64,000 nucleotides of DNA from Octopus sinensis (Eukaryota), in assembly GCF_006345805.1 (NCBI RefSeq), contig NC_043000.1, positions 98,456,001-98,520,000 of the forward strand. Direction: 5' to 3'. Below, piece by piece: positions 39,619 through 53,493 of the stretch (positions are counted from its first letter, which is position 1; each line of letters starts with the position of its first letter). Position numbers and translations under genes: made by a program. Under the pieces are notes generated by a model. The model saw only the letters and a program-made list of their open reading frames with translations, was not told where the DNA came from and ran no database searches.

Positions 39619-42329
39619 TATTATTTATTATGTAATCAGTATGATTCGGCTTCATCCGAACTTGAACGAGTTTTCAGTAAGAAGCCTGCGAAACTGTGAG
39701 TCGATGGAGCCTAACCAAACTGTCTTAAATAATAATGATATATGTAACATCTACTAAATGTGTTGAGTGCCTTTTTTCTTTCTTTGTCTACTCGCAAAAT
39801 TTACAGAAAAACAAAAGACGGAAACAAATGTGTATATATATATATATATAGCGAGAGAGAGAGGGGGGATAGATAGATAGATAGATAGATATAATGTATG
39901 TCTTTATTATGTACAAGCGCAAAAAGCCCCGAGGTAATTTTCATCTATTCTTTGTAGTCAGATTTTTTTCTATTAGTCTGCATAATTGACATCCATTGAT
40001 ATGATCTTCACTCAGTTATCGTTTAAATACGGCGAAAAAATTATATATTGTTATATTGTTATAATTAATCCTAAAAACTCCGTAATTAAATCTTTTCCTT
40101 CCTTTACCCAACCCGATCGTTTTGTTTAAATGATCCTTGTTTCTTTTCTTGACATTCTAAATTATATTTCTGACACACCACGCCATCACTACACATATCT
40201 TCATGATCCAGCTTGTGTATGCTGGTCATTTATCTTTAGATGGCTTAAGAAGACTATAAAGGTGAAACCTCGCTGTTACTCGTTATCCATTTTGAGACAA
40301 TACGTGAACACACACACACACACGCGCGCGCACGCATGCATAATTTCATATATACATATACTTGTATATATATATATATATATATATATATACTTCGTGG
40401 TTTCGATTCCCAGACCGGCGTTGCTTTATGCGCTTGAGCAAAGCACCTAATTTCACACTGCTCCAGAAACAAAATATGACTCCGGGTAGTAATGTCTAAA
40501 GGCCTTACTTTTATTTTTCCTCGAAGTTACAAGTTATGGAGGACATTTTGCTAAAGAACACACCCATTGAACCGCTTGGTCCGGATGTCGAAACCACGAT
40601 CTTGTGATCGCAAACGTAACGGTCTAACCTCTACACCAAGCATCTTCACAATTTTCAGAGATAAAGATAAAATAATGGCTTGAGCATAATGATTTAAATG
40701 TCACAAATAAGAATTTGCGACATCGGACATAGGAATTTTCGAAGGAGGTACAGTCGAGTAATTCTACTCGTATTAGTTTACTGAAACCTGTTTAATTGAT
40801 CACTGAAGTACAAACAGCAAGATCGATCCTGACGGTAGGATTTGAACCCAAAACAAGGACTTTGATTAAATGCCACAAGATACTTTGTCAGGAACTCTAA
40901 CAATTCCAAGAAAAGAAGAGAGAGTAATGAGATGGAGGAAAAAGAAAAGGAAAGAAGGTAGACAGGAGAAGGGGGACGGCGGAAAAAGAAGTAGATATCT
41001 GATGGAACAGGAAGTAGAAATGAGGAAGGAAGAAAAAAATGTAAAAAAAAAAAAAACTACTATAGTAGCGGCAGCAGTAGAAGCAGCAGCAGTAATATTA
41101 ATAATTATGATAATAATAATGATAATAACAATAATAATAAGCATTTCAATAAGAATAAAAAGAGTAACACTCAATAAAATAGAAAAGTAATTTGAGTTGA
41201 TCGAGGCTCCATAAAGCAAAACGGACATAAAGAGAACTGTGAGTGTGTGTTAGTGAGATAGGTTTGTGTTTTGGTTTATATTGCAGAGACAGTGAAACAA
41301 AACACAACAGAAGAAAACGAAAACAGCTATACGTACATGACACAAACTTGTCAAAGGGCTCTTAGAATAATAATAATAATATAACAATAATAGGCGACGG
41401 CATTTTTATTATGGACTGTATGCATAATTAAATAAAAAAAAAAAATATCACAAAAATGACACAATTAAAGAACAACACAGCCTATCTTCATCCTCTTCCT
41501 TCTCACACTCCTCGACTTCTAGTTAGGTTGCTCTAGAGTTGTTGATTGTTAGATTGGTAGGTTTTGTTTATATATGTATATATATATATATGCTTTGGCT
41601 GTCACTTGGAAACCACAAGGAAATACCATTTATTATCGTTATTAATTACGACGTTAAGGACAGTGGAGTGGAGGAAAGAAAGTGTTAGAAAGCCGATATT
41701 TCTTCCCCCACTTCACATTCTGAGTTTAAATCCTGCCGCAGTAAACTTCGTCTTTCACCTTTTCGAGGTTGATAAAATATTGTAGATGTCAAGTCATGAG
41801 GTCGATCGTATCTACTAGTCCCTTCCCCGCAAAATTGCTGGCCTTGAACTTATGTTACAGATCGTTATTAATTACTAGGGTCAGGGCCATAGTAGTAGAC
41901 ATTTGTCAAAGTGCCGTGCAGCGGGACCAAATCCGAAACCACGTGGCTGCTAAACGAACTTCTTAACCACACAGCCATGACTGAGGTCGATAATTATGAG
42001 GGCAGCGGCTTGTAAAAAAACGGGGAGATGGCGAACAAAATACTCTACGGCATACTCTGAGTTCATTTCTCGCCGTGGTCAATTTTCTCTTTCATTCTAG
42101 AATGATTCGAGCTCCGGGTAAAATGATTTGCAGCATTAGTGTCCCAATATTTCCGAAAGCGTATGATTAGTGGATAGCAGTACCGGAAGGCCATTAGACG
42201 AAATGCAGCGTAGTATTTACTGTCGTCCGCCATGTTAGCTATTTACCGTGTTCGGACACTGCTGAATTGGTTACAGCTGGAACGCCTTTGATCATAGGCG
42301 TATTCGACCAGTGTTCACGTAAGGCTTAG

Positions 42330-42394
<65 letters not shown>

Positions 42395-42656
42395 GCTGCT
42401 GCATCAACCATCAAGGGATCCACTACATGGCGGTTCAACCTGTTAGAATTAATAGCCTTATCTGCCTCGAATCTCAATATAGTATCTTATAAAATTTAGG
42501 ACGCAGTAGATGATATAGTCTTAGCTACTGAAAAAAGAAAACCTTTGATAATAGCCGGTTCACTGAAATCAGGTGGATAACACACACACACACATATATA
42601 GATATACACGCACATACATATATGTGTGTGAATGTTAGTGTGCGTACGTGAGTAAG

Positions 42657-42735
<79 letters not shown>

Positions 42736-42766
42736 ATATATGTATATATATATATATATACAGATG

Positions 42767-42800
<34 letters not shown>

Positions 42801-42825
42801 AAAGAGAGAAAGAGAGAGATGATGA

Positions 42826-43271
42826 TGGTTTCAAAATCTGACACAAGGCCAGTATGTTCGGGAGGAAAGATTAAGTCGATTACAGCGACCCCAGTACTCA
42901 AGTGGTACTTACTTTATCGACACCGAAAGGAAAGAAAGGCAAAGTCGACCTCGTCGGAATTTGAACTGAAGACGTGAATAGGGGCGAAATGCTACCAAGC
43001 ATTTTGCCCGATATGATAACGAGTTTGCTAGCTCACCGCCTTAGAGTCATAGATAATATTTGAAGAAAGAAAAAAAAAGTCGGTGAGTTGACAGAATCGT
43101 TAGCACGCCGGGTAAATTGCTTAGCGACGTTTCGTCGTCTTTACGTTCTGAATTCAAATTTCGCCGAGATCGACTTTGCTTTTCATCCTCCTGGGGCCCA
43201 TAAAAAAGTTTCAGTTGAGCACTGGGACCACTTACCCGAAATTGTTAGCATTGTGCCAAGGTTTGAAACCA
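42826..43271. mobile_element. Head-to-head inverted pair of SINE family A (42826-43042 minus; 43077-43271 plus)
   Basis: Both copies carry the head and core; the spacer is about 35 bp. Confidence 0.85.
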
Positions 43272-43522
43272 ACATCAGACGAAAAAGAACTCAAAACTCG
43301 TATAATGTTTTGTGTTGATAGAATTGATAGTACAATTCCAACAGCAACTGACTAGTTCCATCTCTATGACCTTTAATCCCCAGCTGATGAAAGGAAAGTA
43401 GCATCCATATTTTATCTGAGCATAATTTTACATACACACACGCATTAAATGAAACAAAAAATTAGCTACGTTTTGTGTGTGTGCCTATGTCTTTTGGTTA
43501 CTAGAGATAGGTTAGAACAATT

Positions 43523-43567
43523 GTCGTACTGATGACGCCTACTGAGGCAGAAAAACGCGATTACGAC
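43523..43567 (+). ncRNA. Degenerate type I hammerhead motif
   Basis: GUCGUA-CUGAUGA-C-GCCU(ACUG)AGGC-A-GAAA-AACGCGAU-UACGAC. Stems I and II and the core are intact; helix III and the cleavage triplet are non-canonical. Confidence 0.5.
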
Positions 43568-43705
43568 TGTCCTTTTATTTAGACTACGAAGCAGTGACAG
43601 GAGCGAAAATCAACCGGGAAAAGTCAGTGGATTGCGGCTCGGTACCTGGAGAAGCAAACCCATGCCGTCCACCAGCGCCTCCGTCGTGTAGCTAATAAAG
43701 AAACA

Positions 43706-43787
<82 letters not shown>

Positions 43788-43796
43788 ATCTATCTA

Positions 43797-43844
<48 letters not shown>

Positions 43845-44882
43845 GTGTGTTTTTGTCGGTCTGTCTCACTAATCAACTATCATATTTACAGTCCCTTCTG
43901 TCGATGTATGTATCTGTCTACTCTCATCAAAGCATTTACACCTAAGAACATGCACAAAAAAGAAAATGATATCAGTGCTGCTGCAAGGCCAGAGACTCTG
44001 GTGTGGAACACGTAAAAGGTAAATGAGTAACATCCGCAGCTATTTGCTAATTAAGGTTATTTGACTTAATTTTACCATATACCGGTATATCTTAATACAT
44101 AAATATATAGGTTTTCTTTACATTCTCATTATGAACCATAGCTTCCCACCGGTGGGCGATTTCAACTAACAGGTGGGCAATGGGTGAATTTCTAGAAAAT
44201 GGTGAGCGATGTGAATATTTTGAGGGTGACAAAGAATTTTTAGAGATTAAGTCTACATTTACTTATATCTGACACGCCTAGAATAAAGATGCATTTTTAT
44301 CGATTTGACTTATCGATTTGTATTAAAAAAAGCGGACTTGTTTATCAATCGAATATTTTTGTTGCACAGTCATTGAGATGATTGTCATATGTGCTAAAAG
44401 TAGCGGCTAAATAGGCCTAGATCTTAAATCACGTTCCAACACAATTCTTTTTGTTTTTTCATAATCGTATGAAGTCTCGTGTGTAGAATACAAATTCACA
44501 AAAGTTTTCTGAAGACTCCGAAAAATTAAAAAAAAGTTATGAGGGGTTATATATCGTGCATAATTCTAATGTTTCATATCAAAACACAAGTGCTATTTTC
44601 AGGATGTTGACAAAATGTGTAGTCACGCACAAAATGACAGCTTTGAAACCGTGTTTCTTGACTGGGTGAAAATGATCAAACTGTAAACCTCTATAACTTT
44701 TTAAAAACATTTTTCTGGGAAAAAGCTGAATAACTCCAGCAATTTAGCTTGGAAAGGTATATTAATGTACCAAATTTTAAAATTTTAGATAAAACAGTTC
44801 TATATTTAAGAGATGAGGAATTATGTACATTATTTATATTATTTACATTTGACGGATATTTGTTCTCATCTTGTTTGTTGTT

Positions 44883-44928
44883 AACACAACGTTTCGTCTG
44901 ATATACTCTCCAGCCTTCATCAGGTGTC
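44883..44928 (-). ncRNA. Minimal type I hammerhead ribozyme (inverted copy)
   Basis: GACAC-CUGAUGA-A-GGCUG(gagagtatat)CAGAC-GAAAC-GUU-GUGUU, with one mismatch in stem II. Confidence 0.75.
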
Positions 44929-44975
44929 TTGGGGAAATTTCGAATCTGGGTTCTCATTCCTAAGGTATTTTTCGA

Positions 44976-45013
<38 letters not shown>

Positions 45014-45162
45014 TATTATTATTATTATGCCCACGGGCATATGGCGTAGTGGTTAAGACCGCGAATTACTAATTCCGAGTTCGATTGCCGGTAGTGACCT
45101 GAATAATAATGACATCGAAAAATACCTTAGGAATGAGAGCCCAGGTTCGAAATTTCCCCCAA

Positions 45163-45208
45163 AACACCTGATGAAGGTTGCAGGGTATGTCAGCCGAAAC
45201 GTTGTGTT
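45163..45208 (+). ncRNA. Minimal type I hammerhead ribozyme in SINE tail
   Basis: AACAC-CUGAUGA-A-GGUUG(cagggtatgt)CAGCC-GAAAC-GUU-GUGUU. Stem I is 5 bp, stem II is 5 bp, helix III is palindromic (AACGUU), and the triplet is GUU. Confidence 0.8.
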
Positions 45209-48200
45209 AATAACAAACAAGATGAGAACAAGTATCCGTCAAATGTAAATAATGCTGGCAGCCAAACGAACTAAATCCGTATTTGCTCCGGTAAAGACGT
45301 GTTATCTGCCTCTGCTCTATTGACTTCTTTTGTTTGGGAATGCCATACTGCCTTTCCGACACCGTCCGTAGACATTTGTTTTTATATTTACACTTTACTG
45401 ATGCCTCCAGTCGAGAAAATTTGCTGACAGTACAGTAGTGATTATTTATCGTTTGGATTTATCCCCTAGCTTCAGAACTGCCAGTTACCAACGTGCCTTC
45501 TTTGCCATCAAACATTAACCAACGAAGCAATGAAACCTTTACGCTTGAAGTATTACTTTGATGCAAAACTTCGAAAGGAGGGACAAACCGTTGTCATACT
45601 TTTTGCAACTGAGCACCTCTTTCAAAAAGCTAGCAAAGCATTCAACACGCTACTCCAGGAAATTAGTGAGCAAGAGAATGACAAGTTGATTGCATCGTAC
45701 AACATTGCATTACTTGCTACTAAGTTTGGGAAGTCTCACACAATTGGAGAAACATTATTTCGCCCGGTTGCCGATGAGGTTTTGTGAGCCGTTATGCACA
45801 AAAAAACCGACAACATTATGAAGATTCCACTTAGTAATAATACGATTTCTCGATGCATCGATGAAATGGTCAACGATGTCAGACATCAGCTCCTTAATAC
45901 TCTCCAGCGTTCTGAGTTTTCTATACAAGTGGATGAGTCAATTGTGGACAATCAATGCTTGATGCTGTTATATGTTTGGTATTTCTGCATTTCCTCACAA
46001 GGTTGAAACCTTGTGAGGAAATGCTGTTCACTGAGAAATCGCCGCTTGATTCAAAAGGTATAACTATTTTTCCTACTCCCACATCTTTCCTTTTTGAACA
46101 TAATATCTCACTTAATAATATTCTTACTTGTGCGTTTGATGGAGCCCTTTTGATGATAGGAAGATCTTTCCTAAAGCGTGAAATTACCCACCAGATACTA
46201 ACTGTTCATTGCTTGGCACACCGGCAGCATTTAGTGGTAAAAAATATGAACGGTAGATTGAATGATGTGCTACAGTTAGTTATCAAGACAGTGAACAAAT
46301 TGAAGTCCAGTCTCTTGTCTGATCGAATTTTCCGTCAACTCTGTCTGAGAAATGATGAGGACTATACTCTTATACCATACCGAACTGCGGTGGCTGTCAA
46401 AAGGAAACTGTGTTTTACAATTTGTTGAACTGTCTCAGATAATCATAGCTTTCTTTGATGATACTCCACTATCCGCTTCAATGATGGGTGCAAGGTGCGA
46501 TATCTTTTCTTTGTGATATATTCACAAAATTAAATGATTTGGATAAGTTATTCCAAGGAAACAGGAAAACTCTCGTTGATTGTAAATCATTTATCACTAT
46601 TTTCGTTTCGAACTTGGTATTGTATAAGACTAACATTTCAAAACGCCAATTCCATCAATTTCCACAACTTGATTCCTTGAAAGATGAATTAGTTGATGAG
46701 GATTTAACTACATATCGCAACTATTTACAATCATTGCACGATGACATAGTGGAGCGATTTTAAAATATTTTAATTTTGAATATTCCAAATTGGTATAGCA
46801 ATCCGTTTGAGCTCGGTTTAGTCGATTGCGAGGACGATGTTCAGGAGGAATTGATAGAATTACAAAATGACAATGACGCCACAATGCGATATCGCCGTAA
46901 ATGGCAAAGAAGGTTTGTGGTACCATCAAAGTATATTGAATTCTTACCCCAATCTGTGGAAACATCTGAAATTACTTTTTCTTACCTTTCCTATCTCGTA
47001 CCTTGTTAAAACTGGTTTTAGCTGTTACAAATGATGGTTGGTTACTGTAACCTTGAACATTCAGTCAGTGAAATAAGAATTAAGACTATAACATGGCCTT
47101 GTTACTACTGGAACCAGAGATTAATTAAGAAACAAAAATCCTCGTGTTACGAAGGGACAAAAGCATTCTTGGCTGAAAAGAACGAAAGAAACTTCCTTGA
47201 ACTTCACAAATAATTTAATACAATTCAGAACAGGTAGGAATTCACCAATGATATACTTCGGTTGAAACGGTACATGAATGAGAAAGTGTACATACTATCT
47301 TGCGTTGTCGCGTTCTGTGTGAGGAAGCTAAATGTACGAGAGTGAAAGAATAAGTCGTGCACATGGTGTGCGACCTGATAACTTTGTAATACTAGGCTGC
47401 TCGTCGGAGGCATTCGTTTGCTTAGGCCACTTGTAGTAAAATCTGTATGCTCTCAAACACAGACGTGTTCAGGTCGAAGAGAGATTGAAATCCCGCTGCT
47501 ATTCAATATATATATAGCCCCAAAGACTTCTGACACCCCCTTCTAGAACATTCCGCGGCTCAATGAGATTAGTAAAAGGGACATAAATCCGATTTCTTGG
47601 AAGCTTTTAGAATATTTACTAAAGAAGATCATTGTGGGTAACTCCCATGGCTCGCCAACGTAAAATAGGTAATGATAAACCTGTTTCGAATTACGTAACT
47701 CTTACATAGCCATGTTGGAACTTTAATTTCCCACAAAAGAATTGGACAGAACGTGACACAACGAGGAGACTTGCGGCTAAAGTTGACGAGTTTGGAACCG
47801 AATGTATCTGCACTAGCAGCATCACACCAGGCATATGGTTTTCATTAAAAAGTTGTATTCTTTTCCTTTATAAAACAATCATTAATTATTTTTGCATCTG
47901 TAGTTCTGATCACTGGTTCATTTGGGGAAAAAAAAATCAGTGTAAAAGAAAGCGAAAGTTTACAGAAGTTAATCTGTCTGTATAATATAGAGTTAACGCT
48001 AGAATCTTATTCACACTAATGGCAAAACTAAACCCACAATAAGGGGTTTGTAAACAACTGCATATGTAGTCCAAACGGCACTAACAGTGCAACGTGTCTA
48101 CGATATAGAGTGTATGTCAAATGATACGAGGTTTCTCCTACGGGATTTAGTATTGGTGGGGCGATATTGCAATTTGGGGCGAAAAGTTTGGGAAACACTG

Positions 48201-49493
48201 TGTTAAACATTTAGATCGTGACTGCGATGTGAAAATACAAATGCAGAATAATTTAGAACTTCTCTCCGAACCTCTCTTTCCTCTCTTTTTTCCTCTCTCT
48301 CACTCTCGTGTTTCTCTCTATTTCTTTTTCACTGACTCTACTAATTACATTTCTTTCTTTGTTTCCTTCTCTCTCTCCTCTCTCTCTCTATTTTCTCCAC
48401 TCTACCCATTACCTTTTTTGCCGTAACACAGGAACAAAAATAGGCAGACCGCAGGAAAATGAGTAATAATATTATAAGCTAAACAAATGCAAATACCTCA
48501 AGAGCGGCCATTAGCATATATATGAACTATATATATATATATAGAATAGTCCAGGGGTCGATTTCTTCGACTAAAAGGCGATCAAAATGATTGAAACAAG
48601 TAAAAGAATAAAAGAATATGTATGTATGTACACACACAGACACAGACACAGACACACACACACACACACACCACACACACATACACACACACACACACAA
48701 CACACACACACACACACACATACACACACACACACACACAAATGATTAATCAAAATTATCTCAGCCTCTACATGTTATTTTACGATTACCAAATGCCCGG
48801 AATAGACCCTTATGAGAAAAACGGGAGGTAATCTCAAGGATCAAGAAATTCCCCAATGCTTGACATGCCATTAAGTAAAAAGATAAGAGGGCAGTCATGG
48901 ACACGTTTCCTACCTCAGTAGACACTATCGCTACGACACCCAGAATGTAACCATATTGTCGCGCCTTGTCTGGGGAATACATCACATGACAGACCTCTAC
49001 AATAATGAGTAACGATAATACAAATCCAAATACGTGGTGGTGGTAGTGATTAGGGGGGCGAAATACTTAAAGTTTTACTAGTATCAGGTGATAACTATTA
49101 ACACAATCAGAAAAAAAATTGTCTTATAGTTATTTCACAGAAATTGCCAGAGGGTAAAGGTTTGAGGCAGTGACATCATTCAAAAGCTACGAAAGGAAGA
49201 CAAGTATTTTCATACAATCACCATAGCCACCGCAAGAGTTTTGATTGTTGTTCATATACGTACATTATCATAAGAGAAAGTGACAGTATGTACATGAGTG
49301 AGAGAGGGAGAGGGGTAGAGAGAGGATAGACGGTGAGAGAAAAAGAGAGAGGGGAGGGGGAAAAGAGGGAGGGAGAAAAGGAGAGAAGGAGAGAGAAAAT
49401 TAGGAAGTCTGTTGTATTGACAGTAACAAGAATAATATACACACTGTTAACAATTAGAAGGTTGGGTCGAAGCAGTTCAAGGTTGAAGCGCCA

Positions 49494-49524
<31 letters not shown>

Positions 49525-49730
49525 TGTATGTATGTATGTATGTATGTATGTATGTATGTCTCCTCCTCCTCCTCTCTCTCTCTCTCTCTCTCTCTGTGTC
49601 TCACCCACACACACACGAACGTTCTCATGAAACTAACATGCAAGGCAACACAAAACCTGCCGCGCCCCACCAAGCGTCTTATAAGAAGCAAGATTTCTCT
49701 AACTGAAATAACATCAGCGGCAATAAAAAT

Positions 49731-49779
<49 letters not shown>

Positions 49780-49807
49780 ACATAGTTGTAATAGTAATAG
49801 TTATAGT

Positions 49808-49842
<35 letters not shown>

Positions 49843-50827
49843 TAGTAGTACACACGCATACTCATATTACTGTAGTTTCATTAAGATTTATTTCAAAATA
49901 TATTTTAATGACCCCATTATTCATCATCTTAATTACTCTTTAACTGTTGCTAATTCAACTTTTTCTACTGTCAACTTAGCGGTCTCATAATAATAATTAT
50001 ATCCATCAATCGATTTTTCTATTGTCACCTCTTGATTGTGCAGTAAAAAACTTATAAGATACATACGTTTTCTGGCCGAGCTTGCTTTGATTAATCGTTT
50101 GTTAACCAATAACGCTTATAGATGTCGGGTTTAAAGACATTAGGAATAATGAACTTCAGGAATCTTGATGATTCTGGATATTGGCTACACGATACTTCCT
50201 TTGATTAACATAGAGTGTCACCATCGGTCACTGTTTAGTAGAAAGGCGGCTTATTTCTAAATTAAACACTAACCAGCGCCATCTTAACAGTTTTATGGTT
50301 TCTGGACAAATCAATGTACGGAGTCGTATAATTTCTATTTATTGATAGTAAGCCATAGCATACCTAATTAGATCAAAATTGGGCTCATAGACCCGTGAGG
50401 ACCCCCAAGTGTGAGCATGTCTTCAGACGGCACAACGACTAAACCTTATATATGGAGGACGTTCTCTACCATCGTGTCGAACAGGAATTCGCTTTTTCAA
50501 TCAAGATATACGATATAACGTCCAAATTAATCTATTAACAGAAGTTTATTAAGTGTTTTTCAATCAAACAACACACTGATTCGATAACAGATCAATCAAT
50601 GATCAACACTGTGTGCTAAATAGTCTTGAGAGCCTACATTCGAATATGATTTGCTAGATATAACGGTTAAACCACCCAAATATGATACCAGAAACATTAT
50701 AACAGTGAAATGATAATAAAAAGACGGGCTGATCTTAGCAGAAATGTATGTATGTATGTATGTATGTATGTATGTATGTATGTATGTATGTATGTATGTA
50801 TGTATGTATGTATGTATGCATGAATGC

Positions 50828-50860
<33 letters not shown>

Positions 50861-50960
50861 TGTATGTATGTATGTATGCATGCATGTATGTATGGATGTA
50901 TGTATGCATGTATGAATATAGTCTGTGTATACACACACACGCACATCAATGTCTATATCC

Positions 50961-51108
<148 letters not shown>

Positions 51109-51366
51109 GATACACCACACACACACACACAAATTTCACTTCGTCTTTATAGACATTTTGTCATGACTGCGGTTATAGCACCGTAACTGTCTGATTGTGA
51201 TTCAGCATCGTTGCGATTCATCTTGGGCAAGTGTCCTCTACTATAGATTCAATTCTATGAGGTTTGTGAGGAACATTTGGTTCATTCAAATCGAGCGGAA
51301 ACCTGTTGTCATGCATGCTCGCACGCACACACACGCACGCACGCACGCATGCACGCACGCACGCAT

Positions 51367-51452
<86 letters not shown>

Positions 51453-51569
51453 TATATATACATATGCTCGCGCGTGTATATATATTAATGATTGGCAAAG
51501 GAACAGGAGACGCATAATCACCTACATGTTTATCGTACAGCCATGGCTAAGTGAAATCATAGCATATCT

Positions 51570-51616
<47 letters not shown>

Positions 51617-51931
51617 TCTATATATATATATAAACCGGCACATCGTCGGTTGGTTACGACGGTTCGTGAAATTAGCATGCAAGTAGCAGAGCACTTCTCA
51701 GACAAATGTACCTCTAACGTAGTTTTCAGGGAGATTCAGCGTGACGCAGAGAGTGACAAAGTTGGCCCTTTGAAATACAGGTACTACTCATTTTTGTCAG
51801 CTGAGTGAACTAGAGCAACGATAAATAAACTCTCTTGTTTCAGGACATAATGCCTCGCCGGGAATTGAACTCTAGACCATATAATCGTGAGCCGAATATC
51901 CTAACCACGAAGCCACGCGCCGTCACACAAA

Positions 51932-51984
<53 letters not shown>

Positions 51985-51988
<4 letters not shown>

Positions 51989-52190
51989 GAGAATGTTTGT
52001 GTGTCTGTATGTTTGCATCACAATATCTCCAGAACTACCCAACCAATTTCATCAAAAATTTTACACATGCAATGTCAGAGGCCATGCAATATCATAGGCC
52101 AAAAAATGTTTCAACGTCTTGCGTAATGCTAGCCTGGAGCAATCTATTATCTCTTACACTCTTTCAGTTTTACGAGTCAAAAGTGAAACA
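51985..52190 (+). mobile_element. Probable non-autonomous Helitron/HINE-like 5' fragment
   Basis: (TA)n followed by ATGAGAATGTTTGTGTGTCTGTATGTTTG...CCAACCAATTTCATCAAAA, resembling the 5' part of the 61433 element. Confidence 0.4.
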
Positions 52191-52289
52191 ATGACATTTC
52201 AATTGTAATGCGAGATGATAATTTGAGTGTTAACAGTTTCATTATTAATACTGAAACTGAAATTAATTCTGAAAAGCGAAACTATTATC

Positions 52290-52450
52290 GCACTTACATA
52301 TAGACATGCATACATACATATATGTATGTATGCATGTATGTATGTATGTATGTATGTATGTATGTATGTGTATGTATGTATGTATGTATAAATATATGTA
52401 TATATATTGTATATATATATATGCATATCTGTATGTGTATATACATATGC

Positions 52451-52487
<37 letters not shown>

Positions 52488-53310
52488 ATATATATATATG
52501 TTTATATATAGATGTATATGTATATATGTATGCATTTAGTAAGTCTCCACAACACGAAGAATAAGCGCAAGAAAAAACAACAAAAAATAGCAACGTGAGG
52601 ACGTGGTAGATACGACGTATTAGCAGACGCCCAGGAAAGGAAAGAAAGGTGGTTTTACGTTTCGAGCAAAACTTTTCGTCAGAAACAGGAGACGGAGGAG
52701 AGTCCGGGAGTGGGAGGAAAAAATCGCCAACGATCCACATGTATGTATATATATGTATGTGTTTATATATATATGTACGTATATGCATGTATAAATATGT
52801 ATGCATGTAGAATTGTTTGTATATATGTGTACATATGTACGTATGCATATATTATGTATATATATAAAGGTATGTTTATAGATGTATATATATATGTACG
52901 TATATATATATAGATGGATGTATATATACATATGCATATATACATATATATGTATATATACACACATATATATATTTATATATATATGTATATATATATG
53001 TATGCATATATATATGTACACACACATATATATATACATATATACATATACATATATATATTGTGCATGTATATTTATATATATACATTATATAAATATA
53101 CATTTGTATATATACATGTATATATATATATGTACATGTATGTATATGTATATATATGTATATATATATATATATATACCTGTATATATTCATAATATAT
53201 ACATATATATTTATATGCACGTATATATTTGTATACATGTATATTATATGCATATATATGCATATACATACATGTATAATAAATATATATATACATGTAT
53301 ATATATACAT
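52290..53310. repeat. About 1 kb of compound (TA)/(CA)/(TATG) low-complexity sequence
   Basis: Direct reading; source of the many YI/MY/CV ORFs. Confidence 0.9.
52536..52740 (-). mobile_element. Penelope-derived repeat with a hammerhead at 52652-52686 (-); truncated relative at about 60900-60990
   Basis: GUUU-CUGACGA-AAAGU(UUU)GCUC-GAAAC-GUA-AAAC, with palindromic helix III (ACGU) and a partly decayed stem II. Confidence 0.7.
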
Positions 53311-53476
53311 GGACAAATTCTTTCAGAAAATCCCAGATAATCCTCCTACACCCTGATGTGTCTCCATAAACAACAAGTCTTTCCTCGAGTGGGCCATGTT
53401 GTCCGATTACTGATATGAATGACTTTGCCAGGTGGTGCTATTTAGACCTGGCCTGGCGCAATGCTGCTTGGAACCT
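53308..53476 (+). mobile_element. 5'-truncated CR1-like LINE 3' end
   Basis: [29 protein letters not shown] and CCAGGTGGTGCTATT match 1805-1950. Confidence 0.8.
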
Positions 53477-53493
53477 ATATATATATATATATA

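Larger units (their letters stand above)
44690..45254. mobile_element. tRNA-headed SINE with Penelope-like tail (45029-45254, +) plus an inverted headless tail copy (44690-44985, -)
   Basis: Head GGCATATGGCGTAGTGGTTAAGA...CCGAGTTCGATTGCC. Roughly 150-bp inverted arms at 44838-44985 and 45102-45254, each containing a hammerhead. Confidence 0.85.
44137..48200 (+). mobile_element. Degenerate hAT (Charlie/Buster, ZBED5-like) transposon; boundaries tentative
   Basis: Transposase fragments at about 45440-47100: LPTCLLC..TLTNEAMKP, KSHTIGETL, PLSNNTISR.IDEM, FSIQVDES, FDGA, HCLAHRQHL. Ends CATAGCTTCCCA / TGGGAAACACTG match 9/12; the 8-bp TSD matches only 5/8. Confidence 0.8.

Noticed and set aside
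39655-39712. Further hammerhead-like traces (also near 15995, 26960, 29330, 29690 and 61150)
   Set aside because: The CUGANGA core or the stems are too damaged to call from a single copy.
45036-45101. tRNA-like sequences here and at other SINE heads
   Set aside because: They have A/B boxes only, no complete cloverleaf, and run into SINE bodies; they are not tRNA genes.
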